A DNA stretch of 64,000 nt, from the NCBI GenBank assembly GCA_051362555.1, contig CM120647.1, positions 7,688,001 to 7,752,000 on the forward strand, written 5' to 3'. Numbering within the stretch: the stretch's first letter is position 1; every line of letters starts with the position of its first letter. Positions 63,701-64,000 of the stretch are shown one piece after another. The translations under genes were made by a program, and so were the position numbers. The notes under the pieces are model-generated. The model was not told the origin of the DNA. It saw only the letters and a list, made by a program, of their open reading frames with translations, and did not search any database. The stretch comes from Lingula anatina (taxonomy: Eukaryota > Animalia > Brachiopoda).

Positions 63701-64000
63701 AATCCTAAGACAATATGTGTGTGTGGGGGGGGGGGTATATTTCTTGAATAGAGGCTATTCACCTGGATTCCCTGATAAAGATGTCTTATCGAAATATTGG
63801 AGGTAAAATCTCAATATTAGCTTTGACTGAAGAAAAATTACATAACATATATAACACAGCTGATGAAATTCTTCTCTAATCATTAGTTTCCATAAAATAA
63901 ATAGATTTTGCTAAATCTGCCAAATACTTGTTACTTTTTTTTTTTTTTTTTTTTTTGTCAAAGTGGATTTGATGTTACCCCCAGGTATATAAGATGTGAT

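Overview
AT-rich, intron-containing genomic DNA from an invertebrate animal (lophotrochozoan-like by repeat content; species not determinable here). Seven protein-coding genes were reconstructed by hand from GT-AG exons: UNC-93-like MFS protein (-, 2174-5637), SLC22 organic cation transporter (+, 7962-13754), a divergent stathmin-like coiled-coil gene (-, 14930-17039), peroxisomal acyl-CoA oxidase ACOX1 (+, 17393-35362, ends SKL), UQCC1/CBP3 (-, 41806-51550), LDAH (+, 52007-54799) and an uncharacterised multi-pass membrane protein (-, 56461-57994). Introns hold many MITEs, Helentron-like non-autonomous elements and microsatellites. Main discovery: ACOX1 has a cassette of four tandem paralogous exon-3 copies (three intact 161-nt exons with different substrate-pocket sequences, one pseudo-exon). 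One intronic 'docking' sequence downstream of the last copy (28227-28262) is complementary to 'selector' sequences downstream of each of the three upstream copies. This resembles the competing RNA-pairing mechanism of Dscam1/14-3-3xi mutually exclusive splicing, here in a metabolic enzyme gene. All gene models and pairings were read by eye and need RNA-seq and comparative confirmation.
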